A DNA stretch of 64,000 nucleotides from NCBI GenBank assembly GCA_043228905.1, contig JBHGNT010000011.1, positions 17,236,001 through 17,300,000 of the forward strand, given 5' to 3'. Positions within the stretch are counted from its first letter, which is position 1. Each line of letters opens with the position of its first letter. The DNA is from Azolla caroliniana (taxonomy: Eukaryota > Plantae > Polypodiophyta). The position numbers and the translations under genes are program-made. The notes under the pieces were generated by a model, which was not told the DNA's origin, did not search any database, and worked only from the letters and a program-made list of their open reading frames with translations. This document shows positions 34,620 through 47,462 of this stretch, piece after piece.

Positions 34620-36597
34620 CGGACATTGTTAGCTTGTTGAGCCTCCATCTCCTTGCCACCCGTTTTTCACGTCGGGTTCACCAACTGTGTCGTGCCTTTC
34701 GGCTCCGGATCGTTGCGTGAGTCGGGTGGGAACCACAGAGGTCTTGGACTAGGAGAAAGAAGTTCGTGAGATAGAGATTAATTATGAGTAAATAGCAAAG
34801 AGAAAGATAAGAAACTCGTGAATCACACGAGTATACTATATTAATTGGTACTTAGGGTGTTAAGAGAGAAGTAGATGTATAAATCGTGAATCCCACGAAT
34901 AAATTTTGTATTGATTAATTCTTAATCCAAATAATCAACAAAAACTACAATGTGCTCCCCATCCTTATATAGTGATGGGAGAGACTAAGCATAGCTATAT
35001 GCTTTTTCTAATATGTTCATGCACACTAAATGTGCATGTGATGCTGCTTTTTTTTTATTTTATTTCCTAAGTATAGGGCTCATGCACGCTAGATGTGCAT
35101 GAGTTATTTTTAGTGTCTCGTGTTTTTTTTCTTTTTCATATATTAAAGAAATACACGATTTACCTTTTAATAAAGGTATGCATAAATAAAGGTCTTATAC
35201 ATATTAAATCTATATTTAAAACACTTAAGATAATTTAATGTAATGGTAAGGTTGGGGTTTGTCAACGTGGAGGTGCAGAGTTTGAATCACGCCCTGCGCA
35301 GTAGTGAGTATTTCCTTTTTTTACATTTATGTCTCTTCCTTGCCGGTATGCCGTTTTCTTCCTTGCCGGTATGCCGTTTTCCTCCTTGCCGGTATGCCGT
35401 TTTCCTCCTTGTCGGTATGCCGTTTTCTTCCGGTTCTCACCGAGCACTCCATTCTCTATCCGGAGGGACAAAAATATAATTTCCACATAGTGTGCAACCT
35501 ACACTACGACAACGTTGTACACCTTCAAACATAAATCAAATGAAAGTAAATCGACGAGCCATCATATTTTCTATAGATTCAACATTCATGCCCCACCAAT
35601 ACGCATCAGAGTACAAACATGATTCCATGCCAACTACGAAAGCACTTTTCCTTTTGTTTTTCCATAACAACATTCACATTGAGTGTGGCAAGATTTCAAG
35701 AGCTTTCTTCGACCATGGGAGGGAAGGAAGATGATAAGACACCATAGAGACCATAATCGATTGGACTACCTTAAGTCCTACATGAAAAGGCCAAATTTGA
35801 GACCTCCAGTACACAAACTTATCCTCCGACTTTTTGGATACCAACTTAATAAGTTTCATATGAGAAACTTCCACCCCAATTGGATATCCAAGGTGGTGAC
35901 AAAATCATACCTGATGTACTATCTTTCTGACCACCCCAACCCTAACACATATTGTTATGTACATGAAATGAGGACAAATTTACGCATATTAATTCTTAAC
36001 CATGAAGCATTTGAAAACAATTCCCACACATCTCTTGTCTTACTAATATTTTCACGATTAGGTGCCAAAAACATAATACAGTCATCTGTGAGAGTGTGAA
36101 CAATACATGAGTTCCCTAATGATAACCTTAGTCCAATCACTTAATCCTCCATAGCCATGTTGTGTAACTTAACATGATTAGGATGTGTCACAATAGTGAA
36201 TAGTAAAGGACTAACCGGGCATCCTTGTCTAAATGATCTCTGAATAGAAATCGGTTGTGTTACTCCTCCATTAAACATCAAATGTGAAACCAAACCCTCC
36301 CCTAGTCTGTATATCAACTTAGACATACGATCACCAAAACCCATATGAGACATCAACTGATTTATAAATGACCATCCACATTATCATAGGCTTTCTCAAT
36401 ATCCAATTGTAGCAACACTAATTCTTGTTTAGACTCCTTTGCATAGTCAATTGCCATTTGAACATTTAAAATATTATGTAAGGTTTCTCTTTTTGCTAAA
36501 AAGCTATATTGAGCATTATGAATAATAGAAGGTAAAACCTTATGCAACCTATTGGCCATCACTTTTGTTAAAATCTTGTACATCCCCCACATCAATG

Positions 36598-36682
<85 letters not shown>

Positions 36683-39600
36683 CATTGTGACTAGGGACAA
36701 CACAAAAACCTCTCACTAACCTACTTAAATAATGAGGATCTTTATGGCTGACTACATAGGCATCAAAAATACCCGAAGGTTAATTGACAAATGCCTTTTA
36801 GAACAAGCAACAAAGCTTAGATGTGGTAACTATCAAATAAAATTTCCTTTAGACGTGTTTAGGATTATTGTACTCCATTGAATATCATCTAGCCAGAACT
36901 TATTTTTCATGTTCCATTTGTATCTTAGACCTCAATGCATCCATCCCATATAGTGAGGGCAGTAAAGGTTTGATTCATTTAGCACAAACCCAATGAAAGG
37001 GGAACAAGACTTTTCTATTTAAGGATGACCACATATTTGGCATAACAATTTAATTGAATTTAACTATTCTCTTACTCTTACTATCTTGGTGACACATTCT
37101 TTCGTGATTAAGGTCTTACTCTAATAGGATCTAGTCATAATATGTCTATATTCTTCAATATGAATGCCCAAAGACAATAGTGGATTGTGCTTTAGTTTGC
37201 CCATGACCGAATATCCCAAAGTAGATTTATGAGGGTCCCAAATAGTAATAAAGAGGGTATGTAGGTTAATAATGCATTCCAATCTCTAATTATGGTAGGT
37301 TGGATCAAAAAGCCTTGTAGATATACTCATAATCAAATGGCATCATAACAAGTTTTATAAGTTTGTTTCTAAAATGACATTTCATTGTAATTATCCGCAT
37401 TGTGCCAAGTTAGTTAATAAACATCATATTCATAGTCCTAAGTTCTAACTGGTTGTATGCCATTAAAAATGATATCAAGTTGATAATGTCTAATTGGTTT
37501 AATTTTAGTAATGACCACTTCATATAACAAGTAATTCCATATGTTGTTTAAGTTCAATGAATGGGTCTTGAGTTGTTAAGCCGCATTTAGCGAATTATAG
37601 ACCATAATGACTTTTTGCATTTCATACATGTTATTGATATCCCTATGGTGTGTTTGTATGGACATGGTAACAAACAATCACTTCATGTTTTGTGCATTCT
37701 TTTACAAGTGATATAGTTTTAAAAGATTTGGTGCAAATGTGCATTTCATTTTATGTTGTGAAAAAATATCAATGTGAAACATTATTCATTGAAGAAATTT
37801 GCTACCTGCTACTATGCATGATCTCAAACTAAAATCATGAAAAATGTGTACAGTGATAAAAGCATCAAATCCACTGGTTGGCTATAACCTCCATGTAAAC
37901 CACAAGTTTCACTTTGACGCCATCTTATTATGATGGAAAAAGGCAAGAATTTGATGACAGGCTTTAGCAAGTAATGGCCTTGTTTAATCAACCTGTTGTA
38001 GCTTCAATTTAATGTAAATAATTTTAAAGCATATTGATTATGGCATAAACAATGGATTCTTTAAAAGATCAATGAAATTTCGATAAGTAGGGTCACCTTT
38101 ACAGATTTAGAAAGCCTCGGATTATTTTTATGACATTCCATACTTATTACTAAGAAATGTTTTATTTGTATATTGTTTGATCTCTTCATTCCGTGACAAT
38201 TGATTCCTATAGTCAATCAGATAACAATGTTTATCTATCAGAAATGAAGTTTTCCTCACAATAATGCATGTGCAAGATAACATTATTCAACATTTGTTAT
38301 ATAGGAGTTGTCTTGCACATAATACACAACAACCATAATCATATTATAGTTATTTCGATATACATATGTACATGATCTAGTTTTTCTATTGCACCTTTTA
38401 TTTGTCAAAAGCACAAATATTTTAGCTATAGGCTAAACATTGAGCAAAGTACACAGATACATACCTATGTACACACACACACACAATGTGTTTGTATGTA
38501 TACATCGAAAGAGTATTATGCCACATTTTATTAATTCCCCCCATAATTCACTCATTCTTTGTGTATTAGTGAAATTTAAGCAATAATAGACTTATCGTTA
38601 AATAAGATATTGACACGACATGACAACTTCAATGTTGACACATATCCAAAGTTCAAACTAAACATTTTCAACTAGTGTAACTTCCTCGTTAACCGCATTT
38701 TAAAACTATCACGCATGAGAGCTTTTTCTTGGCCTTCAATTAATCAATCCTAACGTCTATATTCCCATAAGTTCTCTTCTATAAAATATGCTAGAGCCTC
38801 TCTTGTCGAGTGTTTAGTCAAGAAGACCTCGTATTGATTAGATGGCAAAATTGAGCTACAAGATGGCGATGTAAATTTGAGAATTATCATCGCCTTCCAC
38901 AATCTTACCATGCGTGAGATCATGGGTAGGTTAATGCTAACATATGAAACTAACCAAAGTGTAGAGCATGACGAGAAAACGAGTTGGGTTATGTGAACGA
39001 GAAAAAGATACGTCCTCTTTATTTGACCCACTACTCTTGCTTAAAAGTAGTACCTTTGTAGTCATATAACATTTAAAAAGGAGCATCCAAATCCTCGAAA
39101 TGCTCTGATATTTTCTCTTTTTGTAACTATTTTAGATACTTTGAACTCAAATAAATGGAATTAGGTACAATTACAAAGTTACTCCATGATAAATTTGGGG
39201 CCACACATATGTAAGAGATGGTTATATTGATGAGGATAGTGAAGAAAGAAAAGAATACGTGCATCCCCAAGTTAGAATACCCTTTAAAGTTGTGCAATAC
39301 GAAAAAAAGGATTTACCCTCAACTTGGGTATGAACGGCAAATGCTTTAATGAGACAGGCACAGTGAATAGAAAATAGTTGAGTTTCTATCATTGAAATTT
39401 TTTCGATTTCCAAGTCACCTTGAACTTCTTGATATCATAAGTAGATCATTTGGTTGTTTGGATAGTAATTCAATAGCGACGTTGGTTCGTGGATGATGGA
39501 TTGGTTAGTTCTTGGATATGCAAATATACAAATAGTCAGAGTGAAGTGTGGAAATGGGTAACATCACACCAAATGGTTGAGAAAATCATTCGCACAAGGT

Positions 39601-40902
39601 GAATCACACATGTTGAAGTTATCATGGCATATGGAAATGTGAAAAGAAGGGATGATAACTATTGGCATCGAATATGTAACTTGCATTTAAAAAGTTATAC
39701 CCTTATTACATGAACATTTTGCGAAAATTGCATTGCGTGTTTAGATAGTTTTGCAATGAGTAGAAGTATTTTGTTGCGTGGAATTTGCCTTATGTCACTT
39801 GTGAACAAGGGTGACACTATGAAATTGAGCATTCATCACATGAATAGTATAAGTGAGTTAACTACTAACATATAATATGAAAAAATTGAGCTATGATGCT
39901 TTGACTACATGATATGAAGTTTATATCCATTGAAGGAAACATGGGAATAACGACAAATGCTCCATTCTTTGGATAGATGGTCATTTGTGTGAGAGAAAGA
40001 TGTACAACATTTGGTTATGTTATTGCCAAGGCACAAAGTTTCAGATGTGTGTCGCCTCTAGGTCTTATTGCTTGGGTAGGTTGACATACATATATAGTAG
40101 TCGATGTGTGTACATATATTAAAACTCAACATTGTAATGTTCTATATCAACGAGCATGTAACATCTAACTGCATCGATGATGTACCATAATGCATCATCA
40201 ATTACGTGACACAAACATGTATTGAATGTTGGCATCAAATGCATAAACACACACTTCAACGTGTACCAAATTGTGACATCAAATATAAACACACTAACAT
40301 GTATCAAATGTTAACATCAATAGTAAAGTGCAGGAGATTCTCAAAATCGAATGTAGAATTCACTGACATGGATCGCATCCTCAACAACAAATACGGAACA
40401 CACAAACATGGGTGAGGGAGGGAAAACAATTTTAGATGAGTGGGCGGGTAGGAAGGTATGAGAATGAGCATAATCCTTTTCTATAGCCATGAGAGAATTG
40501 CGAAGAAAATGTGTGTGAGAAGGTGAAGTGGGGTTCATGACATTATGAACTACATATATATATATATATAAGTTTTAGTTAGGAGGCCAAAAGGGTGAGT
40601 TAAAATGTGCAAAAGGCCAATTGGGTGGGGCGCATGGTACCGTGGAAGTTGTATGTGTAAGTGGTCAGAATGTCAAATGTGCAGAACATCAAGAAGGCCC
40701 AATGGCGGGGGAAACAAAGTGGCCATAAAGTTAAGGGGGGTGGAAAGGGCACACATATGTATCAGCTGGATTGTGTAAGTGTGTGAAGTGGTCGGAGAAG
40801 GGCAGGGGCGGGCAAGGTGAAAATGGGCGGTTGCGAGTTTGTCACCACGAGAATGTGTGTGAGCGAAGAGAGGTGCTAAAAATGCATGGGATACATACGT
40901 TG

Positions 40903-40904
<2 letters not shown>

Positions 40905-40955
<51 letters not shown>

Positions 40956-41224
40956 CCAAAGATAGAGATAGCGATAATGGAGATAGATATATGTAGATAT
41001 AGATAGATAGATAGATAGATAGATGTAGAGAAGAAATTGGGATGTAAAGAGAGAAAAGTGTTATGAAAGTGAATGGGCGCCCCCCCACCTCTTTCTTCTT
41101 CTTCTTCTTCTTCTTTCCCCTGTTTCCCCTGTTCCCCCCCACAACACACAATCCTCCCTCGAAGGGATGCGAATGAAAAATACGATAAAAACAAAACGAG
41201 AGAGAGACAGAGAGAGATCTGAGA

Positions 41225-41256
<32 letters not shown>

Positions 41257-41316
41257 GAGCTCTTCTCATGTATGGTGATGGTGGTCATGATGATAAATGA
41301 TGTGTCTGTGTTAGTC

Positions 41317-41368
<52 letters not shown>

Positions 41369-42090
41369 TCTGTTTCTGTGGCAATAACCATACATACCCC
41401 ATTCATTAGCCATAGGAACAGAGAAAAAGAGAAGAAGAGGAGAGACAAGAGAGGCATACTTCTTCTTCTCCTTCCTTCTCTTTGAATTTCGTCGTTCAAA
41501 GAGAGAGAGAGAGAGAGCAGAGACCAAGACCAGAGACCAGAGACAGAGACAGAGACAGAGACAGAGACAGAGACAGAGAGAGAGAGAGAGAGATATAGAG
41601 AGAGAATAAAACAGTCACTTCCATTCTTCTTCTTCTTACCCTTTCCTCGATATCTCTGTTTGCAGAGTGTGCGTACTCTTTTCTTCCAGATCCACTGAAA
41701 CCAAGACAAAAAAAAGAAAAAAGGAAACAGAGGAAGAGAGAGAGAGAGAGAGAGAGAGAGATAGTCATAGAAAGAGAATAGGGCAGGGAGAGAGAAGAGA
41801 GTAGGAACAGAGACACCCCCCCCCACACCATCTCTGTTTTCTCTTCTCTGCTCTTCTCATTATTACAGTATTTTCCTTTCTTCTCTCGCTCTCTTTCTCT
41901 CTTTCTCAGCACAATCCATTCATGGCTTCTTCATAACCCTTCTTCTTTCTTTCTTTCTTTCTTTCTTCATAATCATCATCATCATAATCTTCTTCTTCTT
42001 CTTCTTCTTCATGTAATGCGCCGCCTGAAGAGCATTGCTTCTGGCCGAACCTCCTTCTCTGACAATGTAAAATTCTCTCTCTCTCTCTCT
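40905..42090. repeat. Microsatellite-dense promoter/5' UTR region of the kinase gene
   Basis: (CA)n, (GATA)n, (CTT)n, (GAT)n, several (GA)n, (GACAGA)n and (CTTT)n tracts. Confidence 0.85.
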
Positions 42091-42334
42091 TAGAAAGTTA
42101 GATCTTCATTTTTGTGTTTTCTTCATTCACATTCCCAAATTTCCACTCCCAGATCACACTCTTGTGCTCTGTAGAGATAAAATGTTATGCATTTGAAATT
42201 TGTGATTAATGTATGATAAAACCCTGATTGTAGTTTGCCTTTTGCTTTTCAAGACCGGAGACAATAGCATCAAGAGGGCAAAATTCGAGCAAGGTGGAGC
42301 TGCAGCCGAAAGTAGCGATAACATCGACCATAGC

Positions 42335-42413
<79 letters not shown>

Positions 42414-45400
42414 GCAAGAAGAAGGAAGGGCATGACATGGCAACATCTGCTAGCACCGAGCCTCGTCTTTCTACATCAAAAGTAGAAGCTAGTGCAAGTG
42501 TGAAGGTAGGAAGAACTAGTGGCGTTGAGGAGCTACCCAAAGAGATGAATGAAATGAAGATAAGAGATGATAAGGCCCACAGCTCAACCGCCACTGAAGA
42601 AAAGGTATGCTCTCTATTTTCTTCTGCCTACATTTTTCACGAGAAATGTTGGGAATTTCGTACTATGATTTTTTTTTCTGGACATTCTGGATTCGGATTT
42701 AACCTAATGTTTTTATGGGAACATGAGGTAAACTGGGCTTTTCATGCCCATAGAAGAAAAGCTCATAATGTCGAGCATTGCAGATAAACCATAGGATACG
42801 TGTTTCTGTAGGAAAATATTCTTGAACTAGGTATATGAAGAGCCTCAACCTCATATAAAGCTCACAACTGTCGAGCACAATAGGAACCTACTTCTGTTTT
42901 CTCTGAAAAAGGAGAACTTTTCACAAAACAGAAGCGAGTTCTTTCCCACATGGGGAAATGGTGTTGAACGCTGTAGACCAAAATGAAGAAAAGTGGAGTC
43001 TTTACCACAGGGGATTATGTTCGCATAACTAGGAATCATGTAGAGTTTTACCTGAAGAAGATTGTAATGTTGGTCATTGATGGGGAAACATGAAGTAAAA
43101 GTGGGACACATGGTGCAAAAGCAGGGCCTTCCCCACAATGGAAAGTATGTTCTGGGCTTGGCACCAATTCAAGTATGTGGATCCTTGTCTTCATATGCTC
43201 ATGAAGTCATACATTCAGTAAAAATGGGCCCTTTTCTTCATGGGACATTGTCCTCAACTTGATATGTGGGGTCTTGCATAACTTGTAATGTTTGAACACT
43301 ATGGCATGAAGAAGTGTAGATACATTTCCCACCTGGGAATATGTTCTGTAACTAGGTATGTTAATCGGATCCTCTCATCCTTATGTTCATTATATTTGTT
43401 GAAATGCTGCATGAAAAAATATGAGTTAAATCTGGCTCCTTCACACATGGGGCAAACGTTCTCTAGGGTGGTTACCCAATTAGGTATATAAAGCCTTGCC
43501 TGAATAATCTCGTAATACTTGCATACTCTAGGGAAACATGAGGAAAAATATCTAATGATATACTTCAATATGAAAAAATGTCAAAAACATTTTGCTGGTT
43601 AAAAATCTTAAATGTGCTTCTTGAATTATCCCTGTTTCATGACCACTCAGGACATTGAAGCAGCCCTTGTGGACGGCAATGGAGCTGAAACTGGTCATAT
43701 AATAGTGACCACCATAGGTGGGAAAAACGGTCAACCCAAGCAAGTAAGTACGGGTTATTGTATTGGGACTTTTATTTTTTTATTCATTATATTTTGCCCT
43801 CTTCCTTTGAATCAACCTTATATTTGTTTTATCTATAGACAATCAGCTATATGGCTGAAAGGGTTGTTGGAACAGGCTCCTTTGGCATTGTTTTTCAGGT
43901 AAAGTGAAACTTGGCATTTATATTTTTCCATGGAAAGTATAAATAAATGAATGCTTCATTGATGACTCTATTGTTTTCCATGAGGTCATTAGACTTTGAA
44001 AGGAAAAAATTGAGACCTAATGATACCCAAAACCTTTTTCTTGAAAAATTTCAGGGTAAATGCCTAGAGACTGCAGAAACAGTTGCTATTAAAAAAGTGC
44101 TTCAAGATAAAAGATACAAAAACAGGGAGCTTCAGATTATGCGAATCTTGGATCATCCAAACGTCGTCTCTCTGAAACACTGCTTCTATTCTTCAACTGA
44201 TAAGGATGAGGTATTTTTAAATCTGGTCTTAGAGTACGTCCCGGAGACGGTGTATCGAATTGCAAAGCATTATAACCGGATGAGTCAAAGAATGCCTCTG
44301 ATATTTGTGAAGTTGTACACATACCAGGTAGATAAATATGTTTCTCTACAACGGAAAAGCCATAAAAAATACTTTGAACTAACTAGTTGGGTATATACCA
44401 AAATACCTTTAAAGTTTTGAAAAACTACTCGAATGCCTCTCAATAATACAAAATTTACTACTTCAGAGGGGTATTCTGACAATCTATAAAACTTTGGGGG
44501 TATTCTGATAAATATCCAAAAGTTATTGTTATTTGCCTTTTCTTATAATGAGTCTGAGACGGTGTACTCTTTTTTCCTTGTTCAAACTTAATATATGGAC
44601 TTGTAATGGGCTTGCAGATATGCAGGGCCTTAGCATATATCCATAACGCAGTTGATGTATGCCATCGTGACATTAAACCTCAAAATCTCTTGGTAAAAAA
44701 GCATCTCTCTCTCTCTCTCCAAAACTTTGTGGGATATAATTTGCACTAAGAAATATTATTTAACTTCCATTTTTATTCACTTGTTTGCTTACTTGAGGGT
44801 GTGCCCCTATGCAGGTGAACCCTCAAACCCATCAATTGAAGCTTTGCGACTTCGGTAGTGCAAAGGTTTTGGTAAGTTCACTTGTTTTTAATTTTTTTCC
44901 TTGTAATATAATTATGTTTATTAGATATAAAATACCTCTTGGTCCGAAGCTGCAGTGTGTTTTTCTGTGCTATTAGCTAGAAATATAGTTTACATTATTA
45001 ATAGCTAGAAAACTCTTGGTAACTGGAAAGATTGCCTGATGCTATAGGTGAAGGGAGAATCCAACATTTCATACATATGCTCGAGATATTATCGAGCCCC
45101 AGAGCTCATTTTTGGGGCGGTAGAGTATACCACTGCGATTGACATATGGTCTACAGGTTGTGTCTTGGCTGAATTGATGCTTGGACAACCTATTTTCCCT
45201 GGTGAAAGTGGAGTAGATCAATTGGTTGAGATCATCAAGGTTAGATCAATTCTTTGAAAAAAAGTTTAAAAACCCAAAAAATGTCCAAATGATATTTCCT
45301 TCAATCCCAGAAGCTTTATTTGAAAAATCACTCTCTTTTTAACATTCTTATACTTTTGAAAAGGCCGTTTTTACTAAGTAATTATTTTGCTTATAGGTTT

Positions 45401-47375
45401 TAGGCACTCCAACAAGGGAGGAGATTAAATGTATGAATCCCAATTACACAGAGTTCAAATTTCCACAAATAAAGGCTCATCCTTGGCATAAGGTAACCAT
45501 GCAAAGAATAGTTATATATATAATTTTGTATTGTATTTTTTATATCTAGTATGTTATATTAATATGTGTTTATAAGTTAATATATTATAATCAAACTAGA
45601 ACAATCCTTCATAATGTTGGAGGATGACAACCTCTAGCCTACAATTTTGCTCATCTGACACTATTCAAACATAGATAACATCGAAAACTAAAGATTTCGA
45701 TGTTATCTATGTTTGAATTCAACTGTATATTTTGTTTCATATGTTTTTATCTTGCACACAGAATAGTATATATCTACATGCTTTATGTTCTACATGTTTA
45801 ATAGCCTAGAATAAAGTGTAAATTGGTATGGGCTACACTTATTCCCCAATCTCAAGCAATCCTACTCCTACAGGCACCTTTATAACATCTATCTCTGGCT
45901 TTTGTGTGTTTCTTCATAATGAGTATACTACAAAAAGGATACGCAGATATCTACACTGACACACATTCATGCATATATAGGCTTTTTGGTTTGGTTTTTA
46001 CTTTCATCTTTATTATCGCTGAAATCCTTTTATTCTTTCCATACATGATTTCAACATATGTTAAGTCTCAATATCAATGATAAAATACTAGCATTTATCA
46101 TCGTAGGCTGTGTGTGTGATTGTTTCTTCCTATATGTGATTTCAAAGTACACCTATGAGTATTTACGTACTGAACTAAGCTTTTTTGGATGTGAAAACAA
46201 AATGGATAATCCAACAACAATTTCTATATGCACATTTAGGGGGGGTCTAATTATTTATGATTTCTGGGAATGAATATAAGCCTATGGCTTAGAGGCAAGA
46301 GCCCAAACACCAATTAATTTGATGTTTCAGTAGTGGTCTACATTTGTGCAATGTGCACATAGTTAATGTAATTTCTAGGTAAGAATTTGTCCCATTGTTC
46401 CAATAAAAGACGAGTCTTGTGTTTCTAGTCCTTCCAAGAAGAAAATTGCTTTCTCACTGGACATTCCATTTAAATATTGGTGAAACTTGACAGCTCCCAT
46501 GTCAAACAGATTTTATAACTCATTAGATTAGAACTCAATTTTCTACTTATGGAGTCTAAACATGAATTACATCCTCCGAACTAGGGGTTGAAAAAATTTG
46601 TTCTTCGTTCTTCAGAAACCCATTATAAACATTGATATTGAATTTCTAGCCCTAATATTGGGGTTTTTGCAGATGTTCCACAAAAGAATGCCCCCAGAAG
46701 CAGTCGATCTTGTATCCAGATTGTTACAGTATTCTCCAAATCTACGATTTACAGCTGTGAGTCAGAATCTGAATGCAGATATAAATATATATTTCTGCAT
46801 AAATATACATAAAATATTTATTTTCTCATGCATACATATATTGTCTGCATATATTTGTATACACCTCACATACTGTGCATATAAATATCTTGTTTCCTAC
46901 ATGTATAGAAATCCATGTTTATGAATTCCGACATATATATGCAAAGAAAGTCTTCATTTCTTAACATATTATTGTGCATAAAAAATCTATGGTTTTACTT
47001 GTGCATCTGTGCATAACAATCAGCACTTCTAAATTTATATTTATAATTTGCATTCTTATAAATCAAGTATGCTTACATTGATGCATATAAGTCCCCTGAG
47101 AGTTTCCATAGAAATATACACTTTATGTAGATTTACATAAATATATTCTAGTTTACATAAATAAAATCCATGCCAAGAAATTTATCTGCATGCTATAATT
47201 GCCGAATATACTTTTGAAAAGACCAATGGAATGGTCATGTAACAAAAAAAGATGAACAGTAAAACATTATGCAGCTCGAAGCATGCATTCATCCCTTCTT
47301 CGATGAGTTACGGGATCCAAATACTCGACTGCCAAATGGCCGCCCATTACCACCACTTTTTAATTTCAAGGCTCC

Positions 47376-47462
<87 letters not shown>

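Larger units (their letters stand above)
29753..35511 (+). mobile_element. Ty3/gypsy element with inverted LTRs and no integrase
   Basis: LTR 29753-30538, PBS 30543-30560, gag-PR, RT-RH, then reverse-complement gag start/PBS/LTR (34625-35511). 4-bp TSD ACGT. Confidence 0.93.
28067..36600 (-). mobile_element. Second decayed L1/Tx1-type LINE, host of two nested insertions
   Basis: RT fragments LDIEKAYD, RQGCPVSPLLF, WPFHVGLKVVQ (35674-36600). zf-RVT CFFC....HRFLSC (28169-28813). Same family as 6700-12283. Confidence 0.85.

Noticed and set aside
29753-35511. DIRS/tyrosine-recombinase retrotransposon interpretation of the inverted termini
   Set aside because: No recombinase ORF or internal complementary region. 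The arms are ordinary TG..CA gypsy LTRs with PBS, and a TSD is present.
36700-40400. Possible decayed DNA-transposon (hAT/CACTA-like) remnants
   Set aside because: AT-rich with no ORF, TIR or TSD that I could verify by eye.
40771-41912. ORFs rich in SL/CV/RE/H repeats
   Set aside because: Translations of microsatellites upstream of the kinase.
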